Virus record (IMG/VR): IMGVR_UViG_3300021062_000003
Coordinates: 1-52,078 of that record
Source: a virus
Lineage: Duplodnaviria; Caudoviricetes
Length of the DNA: 52,078 bases
Direction: 5' to 3' (one strand)
Shown here: piece by piece, positions 9,011 to 17,575 of the stretch
How positions within the stretch are numbered: position 1 is the stretch's first letter
Layout: the number at the start of each line of letters is the position of its first letter
Notes under the pieces: model-generated
Seen by the model: the letters and a program-made list of their open reading frames with translations, nothing else
Told to the model about the DNA's origin: nothing
Databases searched by the model: none
Translations under genes and position numbers: made by a program

Positions 9011-9786
9011 TTCTTCTCGGGCTGTAGTTCTGCGATCTTCTTGGGCAGATAGCCCGTGTTGCGACACTCCTTGCATCCCTCGCCCTTGCAGGCTTTGCAG
9101 ACGACGTGAGGCATGCCGAACTTCATTTCATGGATGATCTGATGGAACAAGCTGGCGACGTTCTGGACGTTGATATACGCCGCCGCCCGCTTGTTCTTCG
9201 CAAAGAACTCGGCAACCTCATCACGCAGGCCGCCGACTTGGCGCGAGAACGATAGGTATTGCGGCCGGGTGGCGAAAATCTTGCCCATGCCATCCGCCTT
9301 CACCGGGTTCTTTTCGCCGTCGAGGATGACGGGCTCGGGCTTGTCGGGATCAGGCTCATCAGCCAATACCTTGTTGGCCGCCTCTGACAGCACCGCCGCC
9401 GTCAGCAACACGTTGCCAGTGTCGGGGTCCGTCGCCATCTTGACGGCCTCGCGAAGCACTTGCCGCCGCTTGGGCTTGGGCACTGTCTGGATGACACGGG
9501 CCTGCGCCTCGTTGGCAATGCCAACGTCCCCAATTGGGGACACTTCTTCGGCCACCTTTGACGCGTCGATCAGGCGGTACGCCTGCGATCGTCCCCATCC
9601 AAAGTGGTACTTGCAGAACTCGTCGAAGCTGTCGAACTCATCCCGGTACAGCTTGGACTTTTGAAGCTCCACCAGCGCCTTTCCCGCTTCAACGAAGCTG
9701 AGATTGTTGGCGTGGACAATCGCCATCAGCTTCTCTTTTTTGTTCTGCTCGGACTTGCTCAATACGATTTCGGTTGTGGTAGTCAT
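9007..9786 (-). CDS. predicted HTH DNA-binding protein with C-terminal Cys4 zinc finger; gene contains a palindrome copy
   Basis: FVEAGKALVEL..SKLYR..FDSFDEFCKYHFGWGRSQAYRLIDA helical/HTH pattern (DUF3102/ParB-HTH-like), then SPIGD, NEAQAR; C-term CKACKGEGCKEC. Confidence 0.7.
   Translation of the reverse strand: MTTTTEIVLSKSEQNKKEKLMAIVHANNLSFVEAGKALVELQKSKLYRDEFDSFDEFCKYHFGWGRSQAYRLIDASKVAEEVSPIGDVGIANEAQARVIQTVPKPKRRQVLREAVKMATDPDTGNVLLTAAVLSEAANKVLADEPDPDKPEPVILDGEKNPVKADGMGKIFATRPQYLSFSRQVGGLRDEVAEFFAKNKRAAAYINVQNVASLFHQIIHEMKFGMPHVVCKACKGEGCKECRNTGYLPKKIAELQPEKK
9526..9541. repeat. palindrome copy 2 (inside the HTH gene, encodes SPIGD)
   Basis: Perfect match; S-P-I-G-D are residues 83-87. 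Confidence 0.98.
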
Positions 9787-9795
9787 GGTTGAAGT

Positions 9796-10125
9796 CTAAT
9801 CAAAAAAAGCCACGTCGCCAGCCTCATCGGACATCTTTTCCTCAACTGGCATGTTCGTCGGCTTGAATGGCGGCGTTGGCTTCGCTACGGCGGGCTCCAG
9901 CGGCAAAGGCAACTGGTCAGGGTTGTCGTCCTTTGGCTTTTCGACCGAATGCTGGCGACCATTACGAGACTCGATCAGGGCCAGGACGCTGCCCAAAGTG
10001 GCGGCCCGCTCGGCGAAGATTCGGTATGCCTGCAACTGGCGGGGCGAGAGCTTGGCGCCGTGTTCGGCCATGTCGGCAGCGGCTTCTTTGTGAATATCGA
10101 ACAGCTTGAGGGACGTGAGGCGCAT
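9796..10125 (-). CDS. hypothetical protein
   Basis: ORF collinear with the replication operon. Confidence 0.6.
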   Translation of the reverse strand: MRLTSLKLFDIHKEAAADMAEHGAKLSPRQLQAYRIFAERAATLGSVLALIESRNGRQHSVEKPKDDNPDQLPLPLEPAVAKPTPPFKPTNMPVEEKMSDEAGDVAFFD

Positions 10126-10260
10126 GATCGTCTGCCTTTCGGGAATGGCCTGTCGGGTCCGCTGATTGAGGACCGGACCCGACAGGCTGGCACGGACGCC
10201 CGTGCCGATTTTGGTGGGAAACCGCCGACCGCCGACGAAGGCGGCCAGCGGGAGTAAGAA

Positions 10261-11529
10261 TCAGAACCGCGGCTCGCCCTGATCCGGCGGACTCAACACG
10301 TCATCCCATGCCTTCGTCTTGCGGATGGCCGATCGCAAGGCTTGGAACTTGGTCAGATCGGCGAAGTCGGACGGCGCGATCTCCAGCGCCTTCATCATTG
10401 CGAACACGCGATCGAAGCTGGAGTGGGCATTGGTGGTGTCGTCAGTCGCCAATGCCTGCAACTCGAACCACTTGTCGCACGCATCCTTGATCCGAGTGAA
10501 CTTGCCTTCGTCCTCAATATCCATCGGCTTGCAGCCGATCATCTTCGTCACTTCGTTCAAGGCCCATGAACGATCCTTGGGATCAACGGCCTTCATGTGC
10601 TTCGTGAAGGTGGCCTTGAGGACTTCCAAGCGAGCAACGGCCGCGTCGGAGAACTGCGGCTTGTTGCTGGCGGCGGCCTTCGGAGCTTCATCCTTCTTGT
10701 CGGCCGCAGGAGCGGGCTCATCTTTCTTGGTTGTGGTCTTTTTGCCGCCCTTAGGCTTGGTATCAACCACTTCGCCGGTTTCCGTGTCAACCTGTTCGCC
10801 CGTGGTCAACACAGTTGTCTTGTCCGGCTCGGCCCCGGCCGCCGATTCTGGAGCGAACTTCTTTCGGGCCTCGTCCGTGCGACTGACCGGCTTGTGATCG
10901 ACCGGCGTGCCCGCCGCGATGATCGGCTGTCCATCTTCTCCAAGCTGTTCGATTTGGACGCCGTAATCCTCGACTTCCTCGCGGACTTGCAGACCACGGA
11001 GAACGTCGGGGAAGGCATCGCGAAGCGCGAATGACCGGGCTCGCATCTGGAGCATCCGCGTTGGATTCGTGACCCACGGTGTCGGAGTGTTGTTGTAGCC
11101 GCGCTTCATCCAAAGCCCGGCTGTCTTGGCGTCGGCCACCGAGAACTTGCGAACCACCGGCGTTTTCTTGCCCTTGCGAGTCACAGTACAGACGGCTTCC
11201 ATCGCATCGCCTTCGCCCTCTAGCACTTCCTCAATTTCCTCCAACTCGCGGCTGGCATGACACAGCCCCAACACGGCATCGCCCCAAATAGTCGCACGGT
11301 TGTTGACGACCATCACGTTCTGGAGCGACTGCATGAAGCTCAGGCCCGCCTCCATGCCGGCCGCCGCCGCCACCAGAACCTTTTCCGGCGTATCGCAGCC
11401 ATAGGGCCGTATCTGCGACGTGCAGACCACTTGACACATGCGATACAGACCCTCGAAGTCCGTGGGCTGCAAACACCCATGAACGATCGACACCTGTGCC
11501 TTTTGAACGATTGCAGTTGAATCCGCCAT
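10261..11529 (-). CDS. RecT-like ssDNA annealing protein
   Basis: GMEAGLSFMQSLQNVMVVNNRATIWGD...FSVADAKTAGLW...RMLQMRARSFALRDAFPDVLRGL; follows the YqaJ exonuclease; AAGGAG RBS before ATG 11529. Confidence 0.85.
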   Translation of the reverse strand: MADSTAIVQKAQVSIVHGCLQPTDFEGLYRMCQVVCTSQIRPYGCDTPEKVLVAAAAGMEAGLSFMQSLQNVMVVNNRATIWGDAVLGLCHASRELEEIEEVLEGEGDAMEAVCTVTRKGKKTPVVRKFSVADAKTAGLWMKRGYNNTPTPWVTNPTRMLQMRARSFALRDAFPDVLRGLQVREEVEDYGVQIEQLGEDGQPIIAAGTPVDHKPVSRTDEARKKFAPESAAGAEPDKTTVLTTGEQVDTETGEVVDTKPKGGKKTTTKKDEPAPAADKKDEAPKAAASNKPQFSDAAVARLEVLKATFTKHMKAVDPKDRSWALNEVTKMIGCKPMDIEDEGKFTRIKDACDKWFELQALATDDTTNAHSSFDRVFAMMKALEIAPSDFADLTKFQALRSAIRKTKAWDDVLSPPDQGEPRF

Positions 11530-11533
11530 TGCC

Positions 11534-12427
11534 TTACTCCTTTGGTGGTTTTGCTTCCTTCGCCTTCGTGAACCGCAGTTGCCGGTACGAAGTGGGCTCC
11601 ACGACGTAACCGGCCCGGTTGATGAGCATTCGCTTGACCTTGCCGAGATTGCACAGGCCAAGCTCGGCCTCGCCCATCTGCACCATGACTTCGGCGGTGA
11701 ACAGGTCGGCAAGCTCCTCGGCCTTTTTTGCCGCCTCCTTTGCGTCTCGCCATTTTCGCACTAGGTCATCGGGCAACTGGCACTCGGCCAGCGGCGTCAC
11801 GATGACACGTCGCAAGGTGTCCACCGTCGGTCCTTGCTTTTCCTGATCCGGCACCACACCGCCCACGACATGCTTCTGCCACCATGCGAGAGCCCGTTTC
11901 TCGATCGCATCACACAGGGCTTGGTCGCGGGGAATGACATACCACTGAGGCCCACGGCGGCCAGTCAGCAGGGCAGGCACGCACACACGCTTGAGCGATG
12001 GACAGGCGATCATCTGCCCGACGCACTGGATGAGGACTCGCATGGGAACCATGTCGCTGTTGTTGTCACCCCACGCCTCCAGATCGGCGAAGGGGTTGTA
12101 GACGCCGGCCGACTTGGCCTCGATGCCATCTTCGTCATCAGTGGTCATCGCGTCCAGGGTGGCCGCCATGACGCCATTCTCGGCGACACGCCATTGATTG
12201 CGCTTGATCGGCTTGCCCAGCTTGGCCGAGGCGAACTTGACCAGCCCATCCTCGACATGATTGCCAAACTCGGCCGCCTCGCCGGCCTCATCCGGCTCCG
12301 TGGGCATGGTCTTTTCCACCCACACGTCGCCAGCCGTCTTGAACTGGTTTTCATTGAAGATCGCACTCAAATCCGAAGCCGTAAGGTACTTTTTCCGCCG
12401 CTCCAGATGCTCGGGTGTCATCGGCAT
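11534..12427 (-). CDS. YqaJ-like viral recombinase exonuclease
   Basis: RRKKYLTASD, VWVEKT, GNHVE, ATLDA...IEAK, IQCVGQM (lambda-exonuclease family). Confidence 0.88.
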   Translation of the reverse strand: MPMTPEHLERRKKYLTASDLSAIFNENQFKTAGDVWVEKTMPTEPDEAGEAAEFGNHVEDGLVKFASAKLGKPIKRNQWRVAENGVMAATLDAMTTDDEDGIEAKSAGVYNPFADLEAWGDNNSDMVPMRVLIQCVGQMIACPSLKRVCVPALLTGRRGPQWYVIPRDQALCDAIEKRALAWWQKHVVGGVVPDQEKQGPTVDTLRRVIVTPLAECQLPDDLVRKWRDAKEAAKKAEELADLFTAEVMVQMGEAELGLCNLGKVKRMLINRAGYVVEPTSYRQLRFTKAKEAKPPKE

Positions 12428-12759
12428 GACTTTGACTCCGCTCGCGAGTGATCGACAATCGCCGCAAGACTGTTATCTTCGCCAAAGAACACTTCGACCC
12501 AATCGTTGTAATGGCCGTCTTTGTGCAACTGCCGAAGCCGCTCTTTGAGACGATGACGGCGATCGTCGCCTTGACTGGATTCGTCCCAGCCCTCTTTGCT
12601 TCCATCTGGAGGAATGAAGAAAGAGCAATACCCGTTTATCATCGCCGGCGATAGATCGCTCGCGGATGGAACGATCGCCTTGGCTTCTGCGTGAACCCGC
12701 TTCGCATCTGCCTTACAGATTACCGTGACGACAATGGCGTGATGCCTGATGTAACCCAT
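12418..12759 (-). CDS. conserved hypothetical phage protein
   Basis: First gene of the leftward operon, AGGAG RBS; MGYIRHHAIVVT...PDGSKEGW. Confidence 0.7.
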   Translation of the reverse strand: MGYIRHHAIVVTVICKADAKRVHAEAKAIVPSASDLSPAMINGYCSFFIPPDGSKEGWDESSQGDDRRHRLKERLRQLHKDGHYNDWVEVFFGEDNSLAAIVDHSRAESKSCR

Positions 12760-12778
12760 CGGTTCTTACTCCTGATGC

Positions 12779-12794
12779 GTCCCCAATTGGGGAC
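12779..12794. repeat. palindrome copy 3 (operator-like position)
   Basis: Perfect match; between the leftward -10 and the RBS of the first gene. Confidence 0.98.
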
Positions 12795-12805
12795 TGGCTG
12801 CAAGC

Positions 12806-12833
12806 ACTATATCGTCAGTCTGGAGGCGTGCAA
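12806..12833 (-). promoter_or_regulatory. leftward sigma70-like promoter of the replication/recombination operon
   Basis: TTGCAC-16 nt-TATAGT on minus, next to an AT-rich tract at 12834-12861. Confidence 0.65.
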
Positions 12834-12864
12834 CAAGAAATCACAACTTTTTATAAAAAATCGT

Positions 12865-12893
12865 TTGCACATTCGCCGACCATCGGATACTCT
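12865..12893 (+). promoter_or_regulatory. rightward sigma70-like promoter (probably leaderless transcript)
   Basis: TTGCAC-17 nt-TACTCT, ATG 6 nt later at 12900. Confidence 0.55.
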
Positions 12894-12899
12894 CTCGGC

Positions 12900-13052
12900 A
12901 TGTCCAAGGAAGCCGAGAAGTTCAAGTCGCTGCCGGTGAAGCCTGCCACGCACAAGAAGATCAAGGCGATACACGCCAAAACTCAGCTTCCGCTGTACGC
13001 CATCGTGGATCAGGCGATCGATGCATTCATCAAACAAGGAGCCAAACCGTGA
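12900..13052 (+). CDS. small ribbon-helix-helix-like regulator
   Basis: 50 aa; KSLPVKPATHKKIKAIHAKTQLPLYAIVDQAIDAF fits a beta-helix-helix pattern. Confidence 0.6.
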   Translation: MSKEAEKFKSLPVKPATHKKIKAIHAKTQLPLYAIVDQAIDAFIKQGAKP

Positions 13053-13288
13053 TCGTTCCAACATATGTCGAGTCCAAGAAGCAAGAGCAAGAACGTACCA
13101 AGAACTTCGTGTACCACGCCCCAAAGCCGGGTCAGGCTGAGCGGTACACGCACATTCGAGACACTGCCGGCGCCTTTGCCAAGATGGTCAACGAGCAGTG
13201 CCCGCCAAGTCGCGAGCTATCCGTGGGAATTACGCTCTTGGAGCAAGCCGTGTTTTGGTTCAACGCGGCAATCGCCAGAAACGAATGA
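13049..13288 (+). CDS. Tad1/Acb2-hairpin family protein, candidate immune-signal sponge
   Basis: NFVYHAP...RY..IR...CPPSRELSVGITLLEQAVFWFNAAIARNE resembles the SRE-x4-T-x-(L/V)E-x-A-x2-W hairpin of Tad1-type proteins. Confidence 0.65.
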   Translation: MIVPTYVESKKQEQERTKNFVYHAPKPGQAERYTHIRDTAGAFAKMVNEQCPPSRELSVGITLLEQAVFWFNAAIARNE

Positions 13289-13289
13289 C

Positions 13290-13490
13290 ACGTTTTCGCG
13301 GCGGCTATCAAACGCACGGGTTGTTCCCGTGGCCGCCGCTTTTGCCCGCAAGGGCGCAAGTCCTCGGACACACGACTAATCTCGGCAACCCGGAGCTAGC
13401 AGGTTGGATAAATGCCGATGAACGAGGGTCCAGAGTCGTGCGTGAACGTCAACGTCATGGCGTGACAGCCCGGAGAGACGGGCGTTTTAC
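13290..13490 (+). ncRNA. structured intergenic RNA candidate
   Basis: Multiple stems: GCGGCGGC/GCCGCCGC enclosing CACGGG/CCCGTG; GCCC-GCAA-GGGC; CACGACT/AGTCGTG; GCCCG-GAGAGA-CGGGC. Confidence 0.35.
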
Positions 13491-13508
13491 CCCAAGGAGC
13501 CCGGAAGC

Positions 13509-15488
13509 ATGAAACCCATCTATTACGTGCCCGAGAAATACCAGCGACCGGACGAATCGTTCGGGTCCATCCCCGACACCGAAGATCGCAAGCTGATGTC
13601 CACGCTGGACTACATCGGCGCGAAGCCGATCATTATGATCTATCAAGGGTCATTCATGGACGAGTCGAATGTGGTGATATTCGACAAGTTCAAACAGGCC
13701 GTCAATGATCAGGTGCCGATCGACTACCGCGGCCCGGTGTGCATCGACTTGGAGGAACCGTACTCGCCCAAACTCGTTTCGACCAATCGCGAGGAGCGAG
13801 AGGCGACGATTGCTGTCTACGTGAAGCTGCTCAAGATCGCCAAACAGATGCGGGCATTCTGTCAGTGGGGCTTCTACGGCCTGCCTTGGGCTTCCACCAG
13901 CGAAGGTGTGACTTACGAATGGCGAAAGAAGATCGCCCAGTACGCGGCGGTTCTGAAAGAATCCAGCATGCTTTGCCCGTCGCTGTATATGGACTTGCCG
14001 GCCGAGTCGCAGCACGGATCGGCGTTCCTCAACCAGCGGTACGCTCGTCAGATCGTCAAGGAGTCGCTGCGGCATTGTCAGACGGTGTTTCCGTTCTACA
14101 CGCCGCGATTCCGTGCCAGCAACGAGCCGTGGGACTTGGTGACAATCGGATCGCTGGAGTTTATCTCGCATGTCGCGGCGGCCGATGCGGCTGGGGCGCA
14201 TGGCGGCATCTACTGGGGCGACGACGGCTACAACTTCATGCGGATCGGATCGTACCCGGTGTTCGAGGAAGGCAATCCCAACTACGAACACCAGCGGCGA
14301 TGCAAGGCAGTCATGCTGCGGGAAATTCCATTCCTGAACAAGTTCGGCTCTCGCTCGATTTCATCTATTTACTGCCAAATGTTCGCCAGTAAAATGTCAG
14401 AAATGCACTTGGCATTCAACGGTCGGTATCTGCCGGTCGGACACGGCCACGGCGGTAGGTTCTTTGTGACGCCGGAGCCTGAGAAGGTGGAGCCGGAAGT
14501 GGACGAAACCAAGATCGAGCCGCCGATCAAGATGGAGGTCATCGAGAACGACACGCTCAAGATCGAATACCCCGGAGGGGCGCGATATCAGCCGATCACC
14601 GGCCCCTCAGATGTCCGAATCGACATTCTCCAAGCGATCATCGAAGATTGGAAGTCCGGCATCAACCCCAAGGGAACGTGCGGCATCGACGATCTTCTGT
14701 TGCTCATCAATCTGTGGAATGCTCCGATCCACCAGAGCGGCGGCGCGAGCATGGATCCGGTCGTGGACTTGCACGACGAAGATTTGAATAACGCCATCGT
14801 CTACTGCGCTGACAACAAGATTCGCAAGGGAATTCGCATCAAGGGTCAGTGCGAACTGGAAAACGTGCTGATCGTCGGCGCGTTCATGGCGATCGACATG
14901 CGGACCCAAACGGGCCTGGACATTGGCGGCAAGGTGACGGCGATCCGCTGCCAAACCTTCAACGCCGACGATCCCACCGATTCCCCGATCGGCCAACAGG
15001 GCGACCAAGGCGGTTACGGTCTGTGGGCTGAGGGCAAACAAATCACCTTCAAGCCCGGCGCTACCCTCAAGATGTCGCTTCGCAATGACACCAGCAAGCA
15101 CCGAGCCGGACAGTATTCCTGCCGCACCGACGATACCCAGTGGATCATGGACCCCACATCGTCGGCCTATTTCTATGGCGCCGATGGCAAGGACTACACC
15201 AGTCGCATGACGGGCTCTGAGGGCAATGTGCTTCACAACTGCCATTTCTTCGGCGACACCGTGAGCTTCGGCGGCACGGCCGGAGGCAACCCGTCCGAAC
15301 ACCGTCAGTTCTCCGGCGACATCTACAAACCGCACTTCCATCTGATGCCCGGCAGCAAGGTCAAGGTCCAGCCCGGCGTTGATGGCCTGCGGTTCCATGA
15401 TGTCATCGCCAGTTCCGACAACTGGCTGGAAACCGATTCACAAGCACAGAACGTCACTCACACGATGGCCACGCAAGTCGTGTCATAA
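13509..15488 (+). CDS. GH56 hyaluronidase-like glycoside hydrolase with dockerin-like motif and C-terminal beta-rich domain
   Basis: GPVCIDLEE, QMRAFCQWGFYGLP, LCPSLY, AAGAHGGIYWG parallel, in order, the GH56 motifs GLAVIDWE, LRPxxxWGFYGFP, LYPSIY, GAAGVVLW; GTCGIDDLLLLINLWN is dockerin-like. Confidence 0.65.
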   Translation: MKPIYYVPEKYQRPDESFGSIPDTEDRKLMSTLDYIGAKPIIMIYQGSFMDESNVVIFDKFKQAVNDQVPIDYRGPVCIDLEEPYSPKLVSTNREEREATIAVYVKLLKIAKQMRAFCQWGFYGLPWASTSEGVTYEWRKKIAQYAAVLKESSMLCPSLYMDLPAESQHGSAFLNQRYARQIVKESLRHCQTVFPFYTPRFRASNEPWDLVTIGSLEFISHVAAADAAGAHGGIYWGDDGYNFMRIGSYPVFEEGNPNYEHQRRCKAVMLREIPFLNKFGSRSISSIYCQMFASKMSEMHLAFNGRYLPVGHGHGGRFFVTPEPEKVEPEVDETKIEPPIKMEVIENDTLKIEYPGGARYQPITGPSDVRIDILQAIIEDWKSGINPKGTCGIDDLLLLINLWNAPIHQSGGASMDPVVDLHDEDLNNAIVYCADNKIRKGIRIKGQCELENVLIVGAFMAIDMRTQTGLDIGGKVTAIRCQTFNADDPTDSPIGQQGDQGGYGLWAEGKQITFKPGATLKMSLRNDTSKHRAGQYSCRTDDTQWIMDPTSSAYFYGADGKDYTSRMTGSEGNVLHNCHFFGDTVSFGGTAGGNPSEHRQFSGDIYKPHFHLMPGSKVKVQPGVDGLRFHDVIASSDNWLETDSQAQNVTHTMATQVVS

Positions 15489-15542
15489 TCAGGCGTCTTT
15501 CTCTAAACGGCCTACCGTCGCCGAAAGATTACGGTAGGCTTT

Positions 15543-15896
15543 ATGAAGATCATCCACATTCCACTCCAGCTTGTGAGCGAGGCCAATCAACGGGAAAGCC
15601 ACTGGGCCAAACATAGGCGGAAGAAGGGCCAGCAGGAAATCGCTGCGGCCTATCTGCGGCAAGAGAACATCGACGGCTTGCGGCCCACCCGTATCGGGCT
15701 TACTCGCGTCGTTCCGGCCAGCGGCAAGCACGCCGGAAAGCTAATGGACGACGACAACCTTGCCGGCTGTTTCAAGCACGTCCAAGATGCCATCGCCAAG
15801 GAGCTTGGCATGGACGATGGTGATATCAAGTGGAGCTATCACCAGATTCGGCACGGCTTGGAACACTTTGTTGATGTTGTGATGGAAATACCCTGA
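15543..15896 (+). CDS. RusA-like Holliday junction resolvase/endonuclease
   Basis: SEAN...MDDDNLAGCFKHVQDAIA...DD catalytic pattern. Confidence 0.7.
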   Translation: MKIIHIPLQLVSEANQRESHWAKHRRKKGQQEIAAAYLRQENIDGLRPTRIGLTRVVPASGKHAGKLMDDDNLAGCFKHVQDAIAKELGMDDGDIKWSYHQIRHGLEHFVDVVMEIP

Positions 15897-15906
15897 AAGG
15901 AGTTGT

Positions 15907-16407
15907 ATGAAGTCTATTTTGCAAGATTGGGTCATGCGCCTCGGCTTGAGACACCAAGGCGTCCTTGTGTCGGCGGTTCGCGGCTGCGACGACGAGCCAA
16001 GAAACTCGCCGACCAAGATACTCACCAGATGCCTGCGCGATGCGATACTTGAGGCGCATTGCGGCGACAACGCCAAGGCCGCGACGTTCATGGAGCGGGT
16101 GAGCGATGAGGAATTGCTTCGTCGCATGGACATGGTTCGCAAGGACATGGATCACTTGCCGCATCATTTTGTGATGCACATGATTCATGCTGTCGAGATC
16201 ATCGGCTACAAGCATCCAAATCAGCACGTTGCCGGACTATGGAGGCAGTTCTACGAAAGACTTGTCCGGTGCCTCCACTTGCGGCCCGAAACCGAGGATG
16301 CTCTTGACGAACGACTGAACCGCGATGAGGCATCGTTTGCCCAAGAGGCCATGCGAACCAATGGCCTGCCATCGGGCAGTCGGGTTTCGATCGACTCAAA
16401 CGCATAA
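15907..16407 (+). CDS. conserved hypothetical phage protein (His-rich helical)
   Basis: AAGGAG RBS; SILQDWV...AVRGCD...LPHHFVMHMIHAVEIIGYKHP. Confidence 0.75.
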   Translation: MKSILQDWVMRLGLRHQGVLVSAVRGCDDEPRNSPTKILTRCLRDAILEAHCGDNAKAATFMERVSDEELLRRMDMVRKDMDHLPHHFVMHMIHAVEIIGYKHPNQHVAGLWRQFYERLVRCLHLRPETEDALDERLNRDEASFAQEAMRTNGLPSGSRVSIDSNA

Positions 16408-16409
16408 TC

Positions 16410-16425
16410 GTCCCCAATTGGGGAC
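16410..16425. repeat. palindrome copy 4 (intergenic, before the GroES-like gene)
   Basis: Perfect match. Confidence 0.98.
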
Positions 16426-16441
16426 ACTGTGAAAGGAAGCC

Positions 16442-16807
16442 ATGAGGCTAATACCGAAAGAAGATTGGACCGTCGTTCAGCGGGTTGACGAACACGAGAG
16501 AACCGCCGCGGGCATCTTTCTGCCGCCGCCCAGTTCGGTTCAGGCCCAACTTGCACCAGTGTACTGCCGCGTCATGTCCGTTGGACCCGGTAAGATCACC
16601 ACCAATGGAACCCGCGTTCCGCTGGAGTGGAAGGAAGGCGACATCGTTGCCGTCATGCCAAAGAACAATGGCTTCATTGTCGAAATGGACAAGATTCTCA
16701 GCGCCGTGCCCAAGCCGGACGACATCAAGATGTTCGCCGTCCAGTCGATGTACGTGATTGGCGTCGTTGAGGTCGAGGCCCACGATGAGTTGCGGCTTGC
16801 CAAATGA
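16442..16807 (+). CDS. groES: GroES/Cpn10-like co-chaperonin
   Basis: LIPKEDWTVV...RTAAGIFLP...VMSVGPGK...NGTRVPLEWKEGDIV...VIGVVE. Confidence 0.8.
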   Translation: MRLIPKEDWTVVQRVDEHERTAAGIFLPPPSSVQAQLAPVYCRVMSVGPGKITTNGTRVPLEWKEGDIVAVMPKNNGFIVEMDKILSAVPKPDDIKMFAVQSMYVIGVVEVEAHDELRLAK

Positions 16808-17232
16808 GACAGACCCCGCTCAAACGTGGTACGTCAAGGCTCAAGCGGACGCGACTGCGCTCCGTGGGCAAGAAGAAGCCCACGGAGTCGCCGCTTTCGC
16901 TTGAGCATGAGGCGATACTGATGCGGTTTTGGGCCATTGCCGGATCGGGGTTCAGACTTTTGATTCTTGGCGAGCTTCAACGGATCGCTGCCTTGCCCGG
17001 TAAGAAACGCTGTGCCCGCAACCACTTCAGCCGGCTCAAGGCTGCTGGGCATTTTGGCGTCAAGGGGCGCAAGTGCGTGTGTTGTGGCACAGCGGCTCAA
17101 GTTCCGCATCACATCATCCCGCTGTGCAACGGCGGCCCGAACCACAAGCTCAACATCGCGCCCGTGTGCAATCGTCACCACGAACTGATCCATCCACACC
17201 TGAAAGAACGCCGCAATGCCCCACGAAGATGA
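16804..17232 (+). CDS. HNH endonuclease
   Basis: CVCCG...HHIIPLCNGG.NHKLNIAPVCNRHHELIH. Confidence 0.85.
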   Translation: MRQTPLKRGTSRLKRTRLRSVGKKKPTESPLSLEHEAILMRFWAIAGSGFRLLILGELQRIAALPGKKRCARNHFSRLKAAGHFGVKGRKCVCCGTAAQVPHHIIPLCNGGPNHKLNIAPVCNRHHELIHPHLKERRNAPRR

Positions 17233-17482
17233 AAAGCCCCGCACTGTCCCGCTCGACGTGGCCGTTGGCGACATCGTGATATCAGACTACAAAATCACGG
17301 CGGAAGTGATTGAGGTTTGGGATTCCAAGCATACCGCCAACGGCGTTCAGTCCGTGAACCCAATGATGAAGATTCTTTTTCGACACGGTGGCACGCACTT
17401 GGTTTCACGGCTGTCGCCACTGTGGGACGTTCACAAGAAGGTCGAGCCCAAGCCGGCCGAGAACTTTGAAGGGTGGTTTTGA
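17216..17482 (+). CDS. hypothetical protein
   Basis: Overlap-coupled ORF. Confidence 0.55.
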   Translation: MPHEDEKPRTVPLDVAVGDIVISDYKITAEVIEVWDSKHTANGVQSVNPMMKILFRHGGTHLVSRLSPLWDVHKKVEPKPAENFEGWF

Positions 17483-17575
17483 TGCCGAGTGCGGCCGTGA
17501 GCTTGATCGGTCGAAAGACATCATCAAATGCGCGCCGTGCGGCATGGGATTGTCCGCAGCCGCGAAAGGATCAGG

